Assembly (NCBI GenBank): GCA_016935015.1 | Contig: JAFGRT010000145.1 | Coordinates: 1,713 to 65,712 of the forward strand | Length of the DNA: 64,000 nucleotides | Direction: 5' to 3' | Origin: Acidobacteriota bacterium | GTDB taxonomy: Bacteria > Acidobacteriota > JAAYUB01 | Shown here: positions 9,582 to 21,607 of the stretch, piece after piece | Numbering within the stretch: the stretch's first letter is position 1 | How the letters are laid out: every line of letters starts with the position of its first letter | Position numbers and translations under genes: made by a program | The notes under the pieces: model-generated | Databases searched by the model: none | What the model saw: the letters and a program-made list of their open reading frames with translations, nothing else | Told to the model about the DNA's origin: nothing

Positions 9582-10374
9582 CCCCTACTTCGTTCCCCGG
9601 CGCCAGCTGCAGACGCTCGGCGGCCGAGGCGCCGTTGACGGCGATCTCATAATAGCCGAGACTCCCCAGGATCAGGAACGGCTCGTCCTCGGTCCGTTCG
9701 CAGTAAAACGTCCGCACCTGGCGGATTTCACCGCGCAAGGTCAGGATCCGGTTCACGGCCGGGTACCCGTTCTCGTCGCCGGGAATATGGTCGGTCGTCA
9801 GATTGGTAATGGCATTGCCGAACGGATCGATGAAGAGGATCTCCCCCTTCCAGGCCTTCTCCTTGACCTGCACGGGCTCGGCAAACCGTTCGATCACGTA
9901 TTCGCTGATGGGTTCACCGAACCGCCCCACATCCTGCACCTTGGCCAGCCATCCGGCCACCGGGGCGAAGATATCACGTCCGTGAAAGGTCCGGCTGGTG
10001 GGCTTGTTGAAGAAATGGTCTTCGGTGATTTCCACCACGTTATAGATTTCTTCGTGCTGAAAGATATAGCTCAGGACACCGTTGTCGGGGGCCAAAAAAT
10101 AATGATTCTCGGTGGAAACGAGGATGGGAAGGCGATCGCTGCCCACGGTGGGATCCACCACCACGATGTGGATAGTGCCGTCCGGAAAGGAGGCAAAGCT
10201 GCAGCCGATGACCAGGGCGCCTTCCCGGATGTTACCGCGGCCGATCTCGTGCGTGTTGTCCACAACCACGACCTCCGGATTGGCCCGTAAAACGGCGCCC
10301 CGCATGGAGCCGGCGTACGGTCCGGACGTTCCGAAATCCGTAGTTAGTGTGACACAGCGGCGCGACTCGCCCAT
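9568..10374 (-). CDS. SAM hydroxide adenosyltransferase / chlorinase-fluorinase family (DUF62)
   Basis: TLTTDFG, VVVDPTVGS, APDNG, TFHGRDIFAP, DPFGNAITN, YEIAVN. Confidence 0.9.
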   Translation of the reverse strand: MGESRRCVTLTTDFGTSGPYAGSMRGAVLRANPEVVVVDNTHEIGRGNIREGALVIGCSFASFPDGTIHIVVVDPTVGSDRLPILVSTENHYFLAPDNGVLSYIFQHEEIYNVVEITEDHFFNKPTSRTFHGRDIFAPVAGWLAKVQDVGRFGEPISEYVIERFAEPVQVKEKAWKGEILFIDPFGNAITNLTTDHIPGDENGYPAVNRILTLRGEIRQVRTFYCERTEDEPFLILGSLGYYEIAVNGASAAERLQLAPGNEVGVILR

Positions 10375-10443
10375 GCCTTACCCTCCCGGGGAGTATTGGG
10401 GAAAGACCATCACTGGGTGTGGAAATTTGCTCAGAACAGGGCC

Positions 10444-10962
10444 TCAGTTCCAATCATCATAATCGTAGTCATCGGACTCGTAATCCAGATATTCATCATC
10501 ATCGGCATCGAAGTCATCGTCATCTTCGAGCCAGTCTTCGTCTTCGAATTCGTCGTCTTCCTCGCTCTCTTCGTCCTCAACCTCATCATCTTCTTCCTCT
10601 TCCTCTTCCCCTTCCACTTCCCCTTCTTCTTCCCCTTCTTCTTCCCCTTCCTCGTCCTCGATTTCCTCGTCGTCCTCAAATTCCAGTTCGTCCTCGAAAT
10701 CCTCATCCTCGAACTCGTCCTCGTCTTCCCACTCCTCCAGATCCTCCTCGTCCAGATCCTCTTCGTCCAGGAGGTCGTCCTCCAGGTCATCGTCCCAATC
10801 GGTGTCCTCTTCCTCCCAGTCGTCCTCTATTTCTTCCCAGTCCTCCAGATCATCCATGGCATCGTCCAACTCATCCATTTCATCCGGAACCTCCGGCAAA
10901 TTTTCAAATTCGTCATCATCCGACAGTATGATCACAGGAGGTTGTTCAGGTCGTTCGTTCAT
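10444..10962 (-). CDS. Hyper-acidic low-complexity protein, 172 aa
   Basis: ATG 10962 after GAAGGA. Roughly two-thirds D/E, one Arg, no Lys; codons vary, so it is not a simple microsatellite. Has a candidate promoter of its own. Confidence 0.7.
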   Translation of the reverse strand: MNERPEQPPVIILSDDDEFENLPEVPDEMDELDDAMDDLEDWEEIEDDWEEEDTDWDDDLEDDLLDEEDLDEEDLEEWEDEDEFEDEDFEDELEFEDDEEIEDEEGEEEGEEEGEVEGEEEEEEDDEVEDEESEEDDEFEDEDWLEDDDDFDADDDEYLDYESDDYDYDDWN

Positions 10963-11018
10963 GGTTCCTTCTGATTTCACCTGCATAAGACACCCTTTAG
11001 TCACAAATTTTTAATCCA

Positions 11019-11047
11019 ATTGTTGGGCAAAGAAAAGCAAATGTCAA
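11019..11047 (-). promoter_or_regulatory. Putative sigma70 promoter for the acidic protein
   Basis: TTGACA-N17-AACAAT on the minus strand; the -35 box overlaps the upstream stop codon. Confidence 0.45.
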
Positions 11048-12714
11048 CAGCTTTTTTTCTCGTCCCTTTTGAGGGCAATCATCGTCAGATCATCATGTTG
11101 AGGCTGCTGTTCACGGTACTTGTCGGCGTCGTCCAGGAGGGCCCGACAGAGGTCAGCCGGAGACAGATAACGCTGCCGTTTCAGGAAATCCACGATGGCC
11201 TCCTTGCCCATCATTTCCCCCGCCGCATTGCTGATTTCGCTTAGGCCGTCGGTGAACAAAAACACCAGATCACCGGGTTCCAGCTGGGATTCGCCCACGT
11301 CATACGTGGCCGCGGGCGAGACGCCGAGCAGCAAGCCGCCCTCCGTCAACCGGGTGACGTCGCCCGCCGCGTTCACCAGGAGGCCTTCCTCATGACCGGC
11401 GTTGACGAAGTGCATTCGCCCGGTAGCCGTCTCATAGCACAGGGCGAACATGGTGATGAAGAACTGACCCTCGCACAAGTTGTGGATGTAGAGATTCACC
11501 CGCCCGGCCACCTCATCGAGCGGCATGGCCGCGCTGCATAACGTGCTCAGATAGGCATGCAACGAGGCCGTGAGCAGGGCGGCGGCCGTCCCCTTGCCCA
11601 TGACATCGGCGATGACGAACAGGTAGCGCTCGCCGTCGGCCAGGGGGAAGACGTGATAGTAATCACCGCCCAGCTTCAGGCAGGTGATGTACTGCATTTC
11701 CACATCCAGGCCGGGAATGGACTGGAACCGGGACGGCAACAGGAATTTCTGCACATCCGAGGCGAATTCCAGCTCCTTCTCCATGGCCTTTTTCTTGAGC
11801 AGCTCCTGCACGTACAGGTAATTCTCGTATTTCATGGTCACCAAATTGGCGATGGACGTCAGGAGCCGCAGGTTGTGCTCGTTGAACGATCGCTCCTGGA
11901 CATGGCTGTCCAGATAAATGAGGCCGAACGTGCGGTCGCCGTTCCAAAGGGGCACGCACATAACGGCCTTGATCCCCTGAACGATGATACTTTCGGCCCC
12001 CTCCAGCATGGGATCCAGGGCCACATTGCACGTCAGGACCGCCGTCTTCTCCTCGATGATCTTGCGGCGAATGGTGTTGCCGAACTGAATGATGTCGGCG
12101 GAATCCTGGTCGTCGCGCAGGTCGGCGGTGCGGACGGCTTTCATGACCAGTTCATCTTCTTCTAGAATCATGAGGCAGCCGCGACGGGCGGGAATAACGG
12201 TAAAGATCAGATCCAGGCAATCCTGGAACAACCGGTCCAGGTCCGACTGGTTCAGGAGCGAGGCGGCGATGTCCTGCAGCACGGCCAGCCGCTTGGTTTC
12301 CTCGGCGCTGAGATCTTTGCGCCCGTCGGCCGCCCAGTACTCTTCCATATCGCGGACGGATATGGCGCAGGTCATGGAGGAGATATCCGAACTGCCGGGC
12401 CGGCTCGCAGCCGGCCGGGCCAGCTGCACTGCCAAGCGGGTATTGCCGATGGTGATCACATCACCGCTTGCGAGCAACACCGGGGCTTCAACCAGCTCTT
12501 CGTTAATCTTGCTGCCGTTACGACTACCCAGATCCTGTAAAATCAGGTCGCCGTCGCGGGCGTGTATCCGGGCATGAACTTTGGATACACTGGCGTCGTT
12601 GAGCAGTTGCAGATCATTGGAACGGTGACGGCCGATCAGAATCTCATCCCGTTGTTCATCGAACCGGTAATGATGCGCCTCATCACCGATCATCAGGCTG
12701 AATTCAATGGTCAT
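11044..12714 (-). CDS. FHA-GAF-PP2C (SpoIIE/RsbU-like) serine phosphatase
   Basis: FHA (IGRHRSND, VSKVHA, DLGSRNGS), GAF, GGDYY, IADVMGKG, NAGH, FTDGL, HDDLT. Confidence 0.92.
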   Translation of the reverse strand: MTIEFSLMIGDEAHHYRFDEQRDEILIGRHRSNDLQLLNDASVSKVHARIHARDGDLILQDLGSRNGSKINEELVEAPVLLASGDVITIGNTRLAVQLARPAASRPGSSDISSMTCAISVRDMEEYWAADGRKDLSAEETKRLAVLQDIAASLLNQSDLDRLFQDCLDLIFTVIPARRGCLMILEEDELVMKAVRTADLRDDQDSADIIQFGNTIRRKIIEEKTAVLTCNVALDPMLEGAESIIVQGIKAVMCVPLWNGDRTFGLIYLDSHVQERSFNEHNLRLLTSIANLVTMKYENYLYVQELLKKKAMEKELEFASDVQKFLLPSRFQSIPGLDVEMQYITCLKLGGDYYHVFPLADGERYLFVIADVMGKGTAAALLTASLHAYLSTLCSAAMPLDEVAGRVNLYIHNLCEGQFFITMFALCYETATGRMHFVNAGHEEGLLVNAAGDVTRLTEGGLLLGVSPAATYDVGESQLEPGDLVFLFTDGLSEISNAAGEMMGKEAIVDFLKRQRYLSPADLCRALLDDADKYREQQPQHDDLTMIALKRDEKKSC

Positions 12715-12731
12715 GGTATTCTTCCGCCTTC

Positions 12732-12760
12732 ATTATGATGGCTGGCTTTCAGCGTGTCAA
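12732..12760 (-). promoter_or_regulatory. sigma70 promoter for the FHA phosphatase gene
   Basis: TTGACA-N17-CATAAT on the minus strand, 17 bp above the start codon. Confidence 0.65.
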
Positions 12761-12844
12761 TGGGAATTCGAAACGGCGTGCCGGGTGCCGGAATCCCCTT
12801 TATTGACGGGCGATTCGTAAAATCGACGACCCGGGAGTGGGGAG

Positions 12845-12873
12845 CGCCGGCCCCAGCGCAAACAGGGCCGGCG
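12845..12873 (-). terminator. GC hairpin just after the clpB stop
   Basis: CGCCGGCCC-N11-GGGCCGGCG; no clear U tract. Confidence 0.3.
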
Positions 12874-12879
12874 TACAGG

Positions 12880-15522
<2,643 letters not shown>

Positions 15523-15579
15523 TCCGTTCCTCCATTTTCCTTGCACCGGTGGTGACCGCTCCGGCGACGGGCCGGGGGT

Positions 15580-16092
15580 TTATTCATCCTTCACCACTTG
15601 CACCAGCGCCGGCCGGATCAGCCGGTCATTCAGTGTGTAGCCGTACTTGTACACCCGGGTCACGCTCAGCGGCGGGGTATCTGCGTCTTCCACGACATCG
15701 AGCACCTCGTGGGCCGCCGGATCGAACGTCTCGCCGGCGGGATCGATGCGCTCCACGCCATGGGCCCGCAACACATCCTGCAGCTGCCGGTAGATGGCCT
15801 GCACCCCGGCGCTGATAAATGAATCCGTATCGGGCGGCAGGTGCTCCAGCGACAGACGGAAGCTGTCCAGCACGTCCAACAAATCGAGCACCAGTTTTTT
15901 CTTCTCTTCCAGCCGTTCCTCGGCCATATGGGCCGATGTCCGGCGGCGATAGTTCTCAAAATCGGCCAGCAGACGGAGTTCGCGATCCGCCGCCTTCTGC
16001 AAGGCTTCCTCCAACTGGCCGAGCTTTTCCTCGCCGGCAAGCCCCGGGTGGTCTTCGGGAATCATGGCTTCGGCGTTCCGCTGATCTGTCAT
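15580..16092 (-). CDS. grpE: Nucleotide exchange factor GrpE
   Basis: LRLLADFENYRRR, LDVLDSF, FDPAAHE, GYTLNDRLIRPALVQV; ATG 16092 after AGGAG. Confidence 0.93.
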   Translation of the reverse strand: MTDQRNAEAMIPEDHPGLAGEEKLGQLEEALQKAADRELRLLADFENYRRRTSAHMAEERLEEKKKLVLDLLDVLDSFRLSLEHLPPDTDSFISAGVQAIYRQLQDVLRAHGVERIDPAGETFDPAAHEVLDVVEDADTPPLSVTRVYKYGYTLNDRLIRPALVQVVKDE

Positions 16093-16157
16093 CCTCTCGC
16101 TCCTTTCTTCCGGCATGGGGTGCGGCCGGTTACCGGCGTATGCTCCACTAGCAAAGC

Positions 16158-16173
16158 TGCAAGATCCGTGCCA
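16158..16173 (-). promoter_or_regulatory. sigma54 promoter for grpE-clpB
   Basis: TGGCACGGATCTTGCA, an exact match to TGGCAC-N5-TTGCA. Confidence 0.85.
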
Positions 16174-16235
16174 GAAATACATTTTTCTTTCCTGCTGATA
16201 TAAAAGAGGTTTGACTTTGCAGCCGGCGGACAAAG

Positions 16236-16252
16236 TGGAGAAATTTTCTCCA
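16236..16252. promoter_or_regulatory. Perfect palindrome, candidate activator or operator site
   Basis: TGGAGAAA-T-TTTCTCCA, about 65-80 bp upstream of the -24 box. Confidence 0.55.
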
Positions 16253-16360
16253 GTGATACATAAACTTTGCCGTCACCGCCGGAATACGATTCCATAAAGA
16301 GCGCATCAAAAAGCGGGAACAGGCAAACGGCCAGCCGGCGGAAAGGATGCGGAACAGGCG

Positions 16361-17701
16361 ATGAACCAGGCGCGTGTCATCCAGGTAATCGGGGCCGGAC
16401 TGGCCGGTTGCGAGGCCGCCCTGCAGCTGGCGGACCGGGGTTACCCGGTGGAGCTGTGGGAGATGCGGCCCGAGGCCATGACCCCGGCCCATCAGACCGG
16501 CGATCCGGCGGAACTGGTCTGTTCCAACTCCCTGAAATCCGAGGCGCCCGGCTCGGCGCCCTACCTGCTGAAGGAGGAATTGCGCCGGCTGGGGAGTCGG
16601 CTTCTGCAGGCGGCCGACCGGTGCCGTGTACCCGCCGGCCAGGCCCTGGCCGTGGACCGCCGTCTTTTCTCCCGTCACGTCGCTGACGCACTGGCGGCAC
16701 GGCCCCATATCCGGCTGGTCCGGCAGGAAGCCCGGCGGATTCCCGATACACGGCCGGTTATTTTGGCCACGGGCCCCCTCACTTCCGACACCCTGGCCGC
16801 CCATCTCCAGACGGAAGGAAGTGGCGCACATCTCTATTTTTACGACGCCATCAGTCCCGTCATCGCCTGGGACTCCCTCGATTTCAGCGTGGCCTGGGCC
16901 GCCTCGCGCTATGGCAAGGGGGGCGATGACTACATCAACTGCCCTTTGGACCGGCCGGCCTACCTGGCGTTTTACGAAGCCCTGGTCGGGGCCGAGGAGT
17001 ACCCCCTGCGCGATTTCGAGCAAGCCATCTATTTCGAGGGCTGCTTGCCCATCGAGGAGCTGGCCCGGCGCGGCGTGGACACCCTCCGTTTCGGCCCCAT
17101 GAAACCGGTAGGGCTGGTCGACCCGCGTACCGGCCGTGAACCATACGCCGCCGTGCAGTTGCGCCGGGAATCCCTCCTCACCGACGCCTGCAATATGGTG
17201 GGCTTTCAGAACCATCTCCGTTTCGGCGAACAGCGACGCGTCTTCCGGCTGATTCCTGGCCTTCAGCGCGCCGAATTCGTGCGCTACGGCCAGATGCATC
17301 GCAACACCTACCTCAACGCACCACGGCTGCTGACGCCCGCTCTCGAATTCCGCGCCCGGCCCGGTCTTTTCATCGCCGGCCAGCTGTGCGGCCTGGAAGG
17401 CTACGTGGAAGCCATCGCCACCGGCCTGCTGGCGTCACTGCAGGTTCACCGCCGGCTGCAGGATCTACCGCCCTTGCTGTTTCCGCGCCAGACAGCCCTG
17501 GGCAGCCTGCAACATTTCCTGGAACATGCCGATCCGGAGGATTACCAGCCCGTCAACATGACCTTCTCCCTGCTGCCCCCTCCCCCGCCCGAATTGAAGC
17601 GCCGGTTTCGGAAAAAATCCGACCGCAACGCCCGACGGGTCGAACAGATCCTGCAGGATTTCGAAAAATTCATCCACGCCGCGGATCTCACCGTATCTTA
17701 G
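16361..17701 (+). CDS. trmFO: Folate-dependent tRNA m5U54 methyltransferase TrmFO (Gid)
   Basis: VIGAGLAGCEAA, ELVCSNS, FYDAISP, FEGCLPIEE, FGPMKPVGL, YGQMHRNTY, EGYVE. Confidence 0.96.
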   Translation: MNQARVIQVIGAGLAGCEAALQLADRGYPVELWEMRPEAMTPAHQTGDPAELVCSNSLKSEAPGSAPYLLKEELRRLGSRLLQAADRCRVPAGQALAVDRRLFSRHVADALAARPHIRLVRQEARRIPDTRPVILATGPLTSDTLAAHLQTEGSGAHLYFYDAISPVIAWDSLDFSVAWAASRYGKGGDDYINCPLDRPAYLAFYEALVGAEEYPLRDFEQAIYFEGCLPIEELARRGVDTLRFGPMKPVGLVDPRTGREPYAAVQLRRESLLTDACNMVGFQNHLRFGEQRRVFRLIPGLQRAEFVRYGQMHRNTYLNAPRLLTPALEFRARPGLFIAGQLCGLEGYVEAIATGLLASLQVHRRLQDLPPLLFPRQTALGSLQHFLEHADPEDYQPVNMTFSLLPPPPPELKRRFRKKSDRNARRVEQILQDFEKFIHAADLTVS

Positions 17702-17761
17702 CTTGCATTCCCGGCCCAAAAAGGTATCATAGTCGACTTTAACCTGCCGGGGAGCGGCCTG

Positions 17762-19465
17762 ATGAACCACCCGACCACACCACGCCTGCAGATTCGCCGG
17801 ATTTTGCCGCTGACCCGTCAGATCAACATCCTCCTGTACGCCGTCGCGCTGGGCCTCGCCGTGGGTTTCATCTCCCTAGCCTACCGCTGGAGTTTCAAAT
17901 CTTGCGGCACCGTTTTCCGCGGTGCCTTCGACAGCCTGCCGGTCAATCTGATATTTCTGATGCCGGTAGCCGGCAGCGTCCTGCTGATCCTGGTGGTCAA
18001 GGTCCTGCGGGCCGAAGTGCGCGAGTATGTGCCTGAAGTCATCGAATCCTCCATCCGCAACACAGCCCTCCGTCTCAAGGACGGCCTGGTGTGCTTCGTC
18101 ACGTCGGCGCTGACCCTGGGTTCGGGCGGTTCGGCCGGTCCCGAAGGCCCCATGGCTTTCACCGGAGCCAGTGTCGGCTCCGCACTGGGCCGACGACTGC
18201 GCCTGGACAACCGCCACGCCAAAATTCTGCTGGGCGCGGGGGCCGCGGCGGGAATCGCCGCCATGTTCAACGCGCCCCTGGCCGGCGTATTGTTCGCCCT
18301 GGAACTGATTCTGTTCAACGACCTGACCATGTCGGCCGTCACCCCGGTCATTCTGTCGTCGGTGGCCGCCTCGGCCGTGTCGTTCCATTTCCTGGGCGAC
18401 CATCCCACCTTTCGCGTGCCCCTCTTCGCCATGAACAGTTACCTGGAATTGTTCGCCTATGCCGTTCTGGGAGTGGCTGGCGGCTTCGTCTCCGCCCTGT
18501 TCTGCCGGACCATGCACCTGGCCGGCCGCTTCTTTCATCACCTGCGGCTGGGTACCGCAACCCCCGTTCTGGGCGCCCTGGTCGTGGGCGGGTTGCTGGT
18601 CTTCATCCCCCGGGTGGGCGGCTATGGCCACGACGCTATCGACGCCATCCTGCACGGCGAGGGGACGCTCCCCTTCTTCACGGCGCTGGTCTTTTTCAAG
18701 ATCCTGGCCACGGCCCTGACCTTGCAGTCCGGCAATTCGGGCGGCATTTTCGCGCCGGCCCTGCTCATCGGCGCCGCCCTGGGCGCCGGCGTGGGCGGCG
18801 GCCTGCAGCTGACCTTCCCCGGAGCGGGCTCGGTGGAGGCCTACGCTCTCATCGGCATGGCGGCGGTCATGGCCGGCACCATCCATACTCCCCTCACCGC
18901 CATGATGTTGATCTTCGAGCTGACCCGTGACTACCACACCATCCTGCCGCTGATGACGGTGACGGTCATCAGCACACTGGTCGCCTACGGCATGGGGAGC
19001 GAATCCCTCTATATCGCTCCCCTGTCCCGGAAAAAGCTGGATTTCCGGATGATCCGAGACCTGGGTTCCCTGGGCGACGTCCACGCCGTCAACCTGATGC
19101 GGCACCATTTTGCCGCCGTACGGCCCGGTGATTCACCAGCGGAAATCCGCCGCAAGCTGCAGCGCTATCCCTACAAACGGGCCCTCTACCTCACGACGGA
19201 CGACCGGCTGCTGGGCTATCTCTCCCTGGATACCCTGCACCTGCTGGATACCTTCTCCCTGGACGAATTGTCCCAGTCCTTTCGCCAGGTCATCCATCCC
19301 CAGGACACCCTGTACGAAACCCTGCACAAACTACGCACCGCCGAAGGTATCCTGCCCGTCGTGGATGAGGGGGGCCGCGTCCGGGGCATCATTTCCAACA
19401 AGATCTTCATCGAAAAATACCTGCCGTTGCTCAAGGTCTCCTCGGCCAAACGCAGTGGAATCTGA
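17762..19465 (+). CDS. ClC-family chloride channel/antiporter with C-terminal CBS domains
   Basis: GGSAGPEGP, FNAPLAG, SGGIFAP, SLY motif, multiple TM helices, CBS pair. Confidence 0.9.
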   Translation: MNHPTTPRLQIRRILPLTRQINILLYAVALGLAVGFISLAYRWSFKSCGTVFRGAFDSLPVNLIFLMPVAGSVLLILVVKVLRAEVREYVPEVIESSIRNTALRLKDGLVCFVTSALTLGSGGSAGPEGPMAFTGASVGSALGRRLRLDNRHAKILLGAGAAAGIAAMFNAPLAGVLFALELILFNDLTMSAVTPVILSSVAASAVSFHFLGDHPTFRVPLFAMNSYLELFAYAVLGVAGGFVSALFCRTMHLAGRFFHHLRLGTATPVLGALVVGGLLVFIPRVGGYGHDAIDAILHGEGTLPFFTALVFFKILATALTLQSGNSGGIFAPALLIGAALGAGVGGGLQLTFPGAGSVEAYALIGMAAVMAGTIHTPLTAMMLIFELTRDYHTILPLMTVTVISTLVAYGMGSESLYIAPLSRKKLDFRMIRDLGSLGDVHAVNLMRHHFAAVRPGDSPAEIRRKLQRYPYKRALYLTTDDRLLGYLSLDTLHLLDTFSLDELSQSFRQVIHPQDTLYETLHKLRTAEGILPVVDEGGRVRGIISNKIFIEKYLPLLKVSSAKRSGI

Positions 19466-19635
19466 GGCAAACCTGATCCCATCAGCGTCAAAAACCATCT
19501 AACCGAGAGGGGATTTTTAGTCGCGCTATATACGGCCGCGGCGGCGATATCAGCGGCAGACGAATATTCATCTGTGAAACAAGGTCGGGGATACAACGCG
19601 TATACATTCTGCCGAATCGAAACGGGAGTTCACCT

Positions 19636-21576
19636 ATGATGTACTGGATATGGCGGGGCATAGTGGCGACAGGGTTCGGTATCCTCCTGGCCGGAGCGGC
19701 CATGGCCGGCCCGGCGGGCGACGGGCACCAACCAGTCGGCAGCCGGCTCATCGAACCGAATCGGGACTACGGCGAGGAGCCCGGCTCCATTATCAAGCGT
19801 TTCGTCCAGCCGCTGACCGAAGAGGAGAAGCGCAGCCACCGCTCCATTCTCATCACCGACGATGACCACGCCAATTCCATCGCCCCGGTGCTGACCCCCA
19901 AAACACCGGTTTACCTGCATTTTTCGCGGCAATCCGGCCCCAATCCGGAGGAGCTGAATTTCATCCTCGAAAGCGGCCGCATTTTTCTCAATTACGCTTC
20001 CCCTTACAAGCAGGAGGACGCACCGACCCTGCGCATCCGGCCCATTGACGGCGATTGCGAGATCCCCTTCCTGATTCAGGTGGAACTCGAGCCCCTGCGG
20101 GTGCCACACGAGAGCGGCACCTTGGAAATCCTGCTCCACCTGCCGCTGATCTTCAATCCGGAGGTCACCGTCAACTCCGTCACCCTGGCGCAGAAAAATC
20201 AGGATTACCGGCTGTCGGTGGGGGCGAGCCTGCACCGGCACAAAATCGTGATTCCCATCAACAAGCGGATACTTGAACCCTTTGTGCACGAAAACAACGG
20301 CCGCCTCCAGATTCTGGTAGACGGGATCATTTCCCTCTCAAAGTACCGCCCCATCGAACCGCATCGCTTCAGCAGCGTCGCCAAGGAAGATCTGGATCCC
20401 CGCCTGGCCGGGATTTCCATGATCATCGCCGGCCGCGATTACTGGGGGGAACACGAAAAGCGGCAGATCATGGATCTGGCGCGACAGATCGAGGAACGGA
20501 CCAATAAAGATTACGAGCGGATCCTCCTGGCCAACCGCTATACCAGCCGGAGCATCCGCTACTTCCGTAACAGCATGCGCCGCACGGCCATCCAGGTGCT
20601 GGCCGAAGGGATCGGCGACTGCGATGATTACACCCGGGTGATGATGGCTCTCCTGCGGGCCATGGGCATCCCCTGCAGCCTGTCGGTGGGGCATTTGTAC
20701 GATTTCAACAGCATCGGCGCCCACGCGTGGGTGGATGTGGGCCTGCCCACCCGGGACGGAGAACTGCGTTGGTTCATCTGCGATCCCACCCTGGCCAGCG
20801 TCACCGATCAGAAGGACTACTTTGTCCAATTCAACAACCGGATCTATCTGTACCCCGTGAAAATCGAGGTGGCCGCCCGGAATCTGCCGGTGGACGAACG
20901 GGCGGATATCCTGCTGAACTGGCGCGGCAAGTCGCCGGACAACCTCACGTCCCCCCAGGCCTATCACTCTACCATCAACTCGTTCCGTGAAAACCTGGAA
21001 AGATCTCTGCAGGAAAAAATGGACATTCTCACACGCCGCAACCTGCTGCCGGAACGTGAATTTCTCTTCGACCTGGGGAGCAGCTATTTTATCGTCGACC
21101 GCGACGTGGCACCGGAAAAGAGCCGCCTGCAGATCAAACTGGACAACTCCGAGCAGTTCATGGTGGAATTGACGGTGACGGATGAAGAATACAGCCTGGA
21201 AGGGGCGGCGGAGCAGGAGATGGCCGACCGGATCCGGCGGTCCTACCGGCGCATGAAACAGCTGTTCTTTCCGGATTTCGAGGCCCGCTATTGCTTGGAA
21301 CTTTCCTTCGAACGCGACAAGTACACCGATCAGTTGCAGCGGGTCAACCTGCAGGTGTTCCGCTATCTGGTGGAGCATCATTTCGATAAGATCATGGACG
21401 CCCTGGAGAAAGAGGGGCTGATTCGGCCGGAGGAATCGGCCCGCTTTCGGGAAATATACCGGATCTGCTCGGGCAAGAACATGTACTACATCCTGGAAAT
21501 GGCTCATCGCCAGGACATTCTGCAGCGGCCCATCTATCCCACGGAAGAGCAGCTGGTTGCCAACCAGGGCGACTGA
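19636..21576 (+). CDS. Secreted transglutaminase-like domain protein
   Basis: Signal peptide; Cys-His-Asp triad motifs GDCDDY...LLRAMGIP, HAWV, DPT. Confidence 0.8.
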   Translation: MMYWIWRGIVATGFGILLAGAAMAGPAGDGHQPVGSRLIEPNRDYGEEPGSIIKRFVQPLTEEEKRSHRSILITDDDHANSIAPVLTPKTPVYLHFSRQSGPNPEELNFILESGRIFLNYASPYKQEDAPTLRIRPIDGDCEIPFLIQVELEPLRVPHESGTLEILLHLPLIFNPEVTVNSVTLAQKNQDYRLSVGASLHRHKIVIPINKRILEPFVHENNGRLQILVDGIISLSKYRPIEPHRFSSVAKEDLDPRLAGISMIIAGRDYWGEHEKRQIMDLARQIEERTNKDYERILLANRYTSRSIRYFRNSMRRTAIQVLAEGIGDCDDYTRVMMALLRAMGIPCSLSVGHLYDFNSIGAHAWVDVGLPTRDGELRWFICDPTLASVTDQKDYFVQFNNRIYLYPVKIEVAARNLPVDERADILLNWRGKSPDNLTSPQAYHSTINSFRENLERSLQEKMDILTRRNLLPEREFLFDLGSSYFIVDRDVAPEKSRLQIKLDNSEQFMVELTVTDEEYSLEGAAEQEMADRIRRSYRRMKQLFFPDFEARYCLELSFERDKYTDQLQRVNLQVFRYLVEHHFDKIMDALEKEGLIRPEESARFREIYRICSGKNMYYILEMAHRQDILQRPIYPTEEQLVANQGD

Positions 21577-21607
21577 GTCACCAGACCTTCCGGTCGGGAG
21601 CGTACCC

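Noticed and set aside
9568-10374. Fluorinase or chlorinase for halometabolite synthesis
   Set aside because: No biosynthetic context; the widespread SAM hydrolase (DUF62) is the default assignment
10396-10974. Hydrophobic and basic alternative-frame ORFs over the acidic gene
   Set aside because: Artefacts of the GAR/GAY codon run; only the acidic frame has an RBS, a promoter and the orientation of its neighbours
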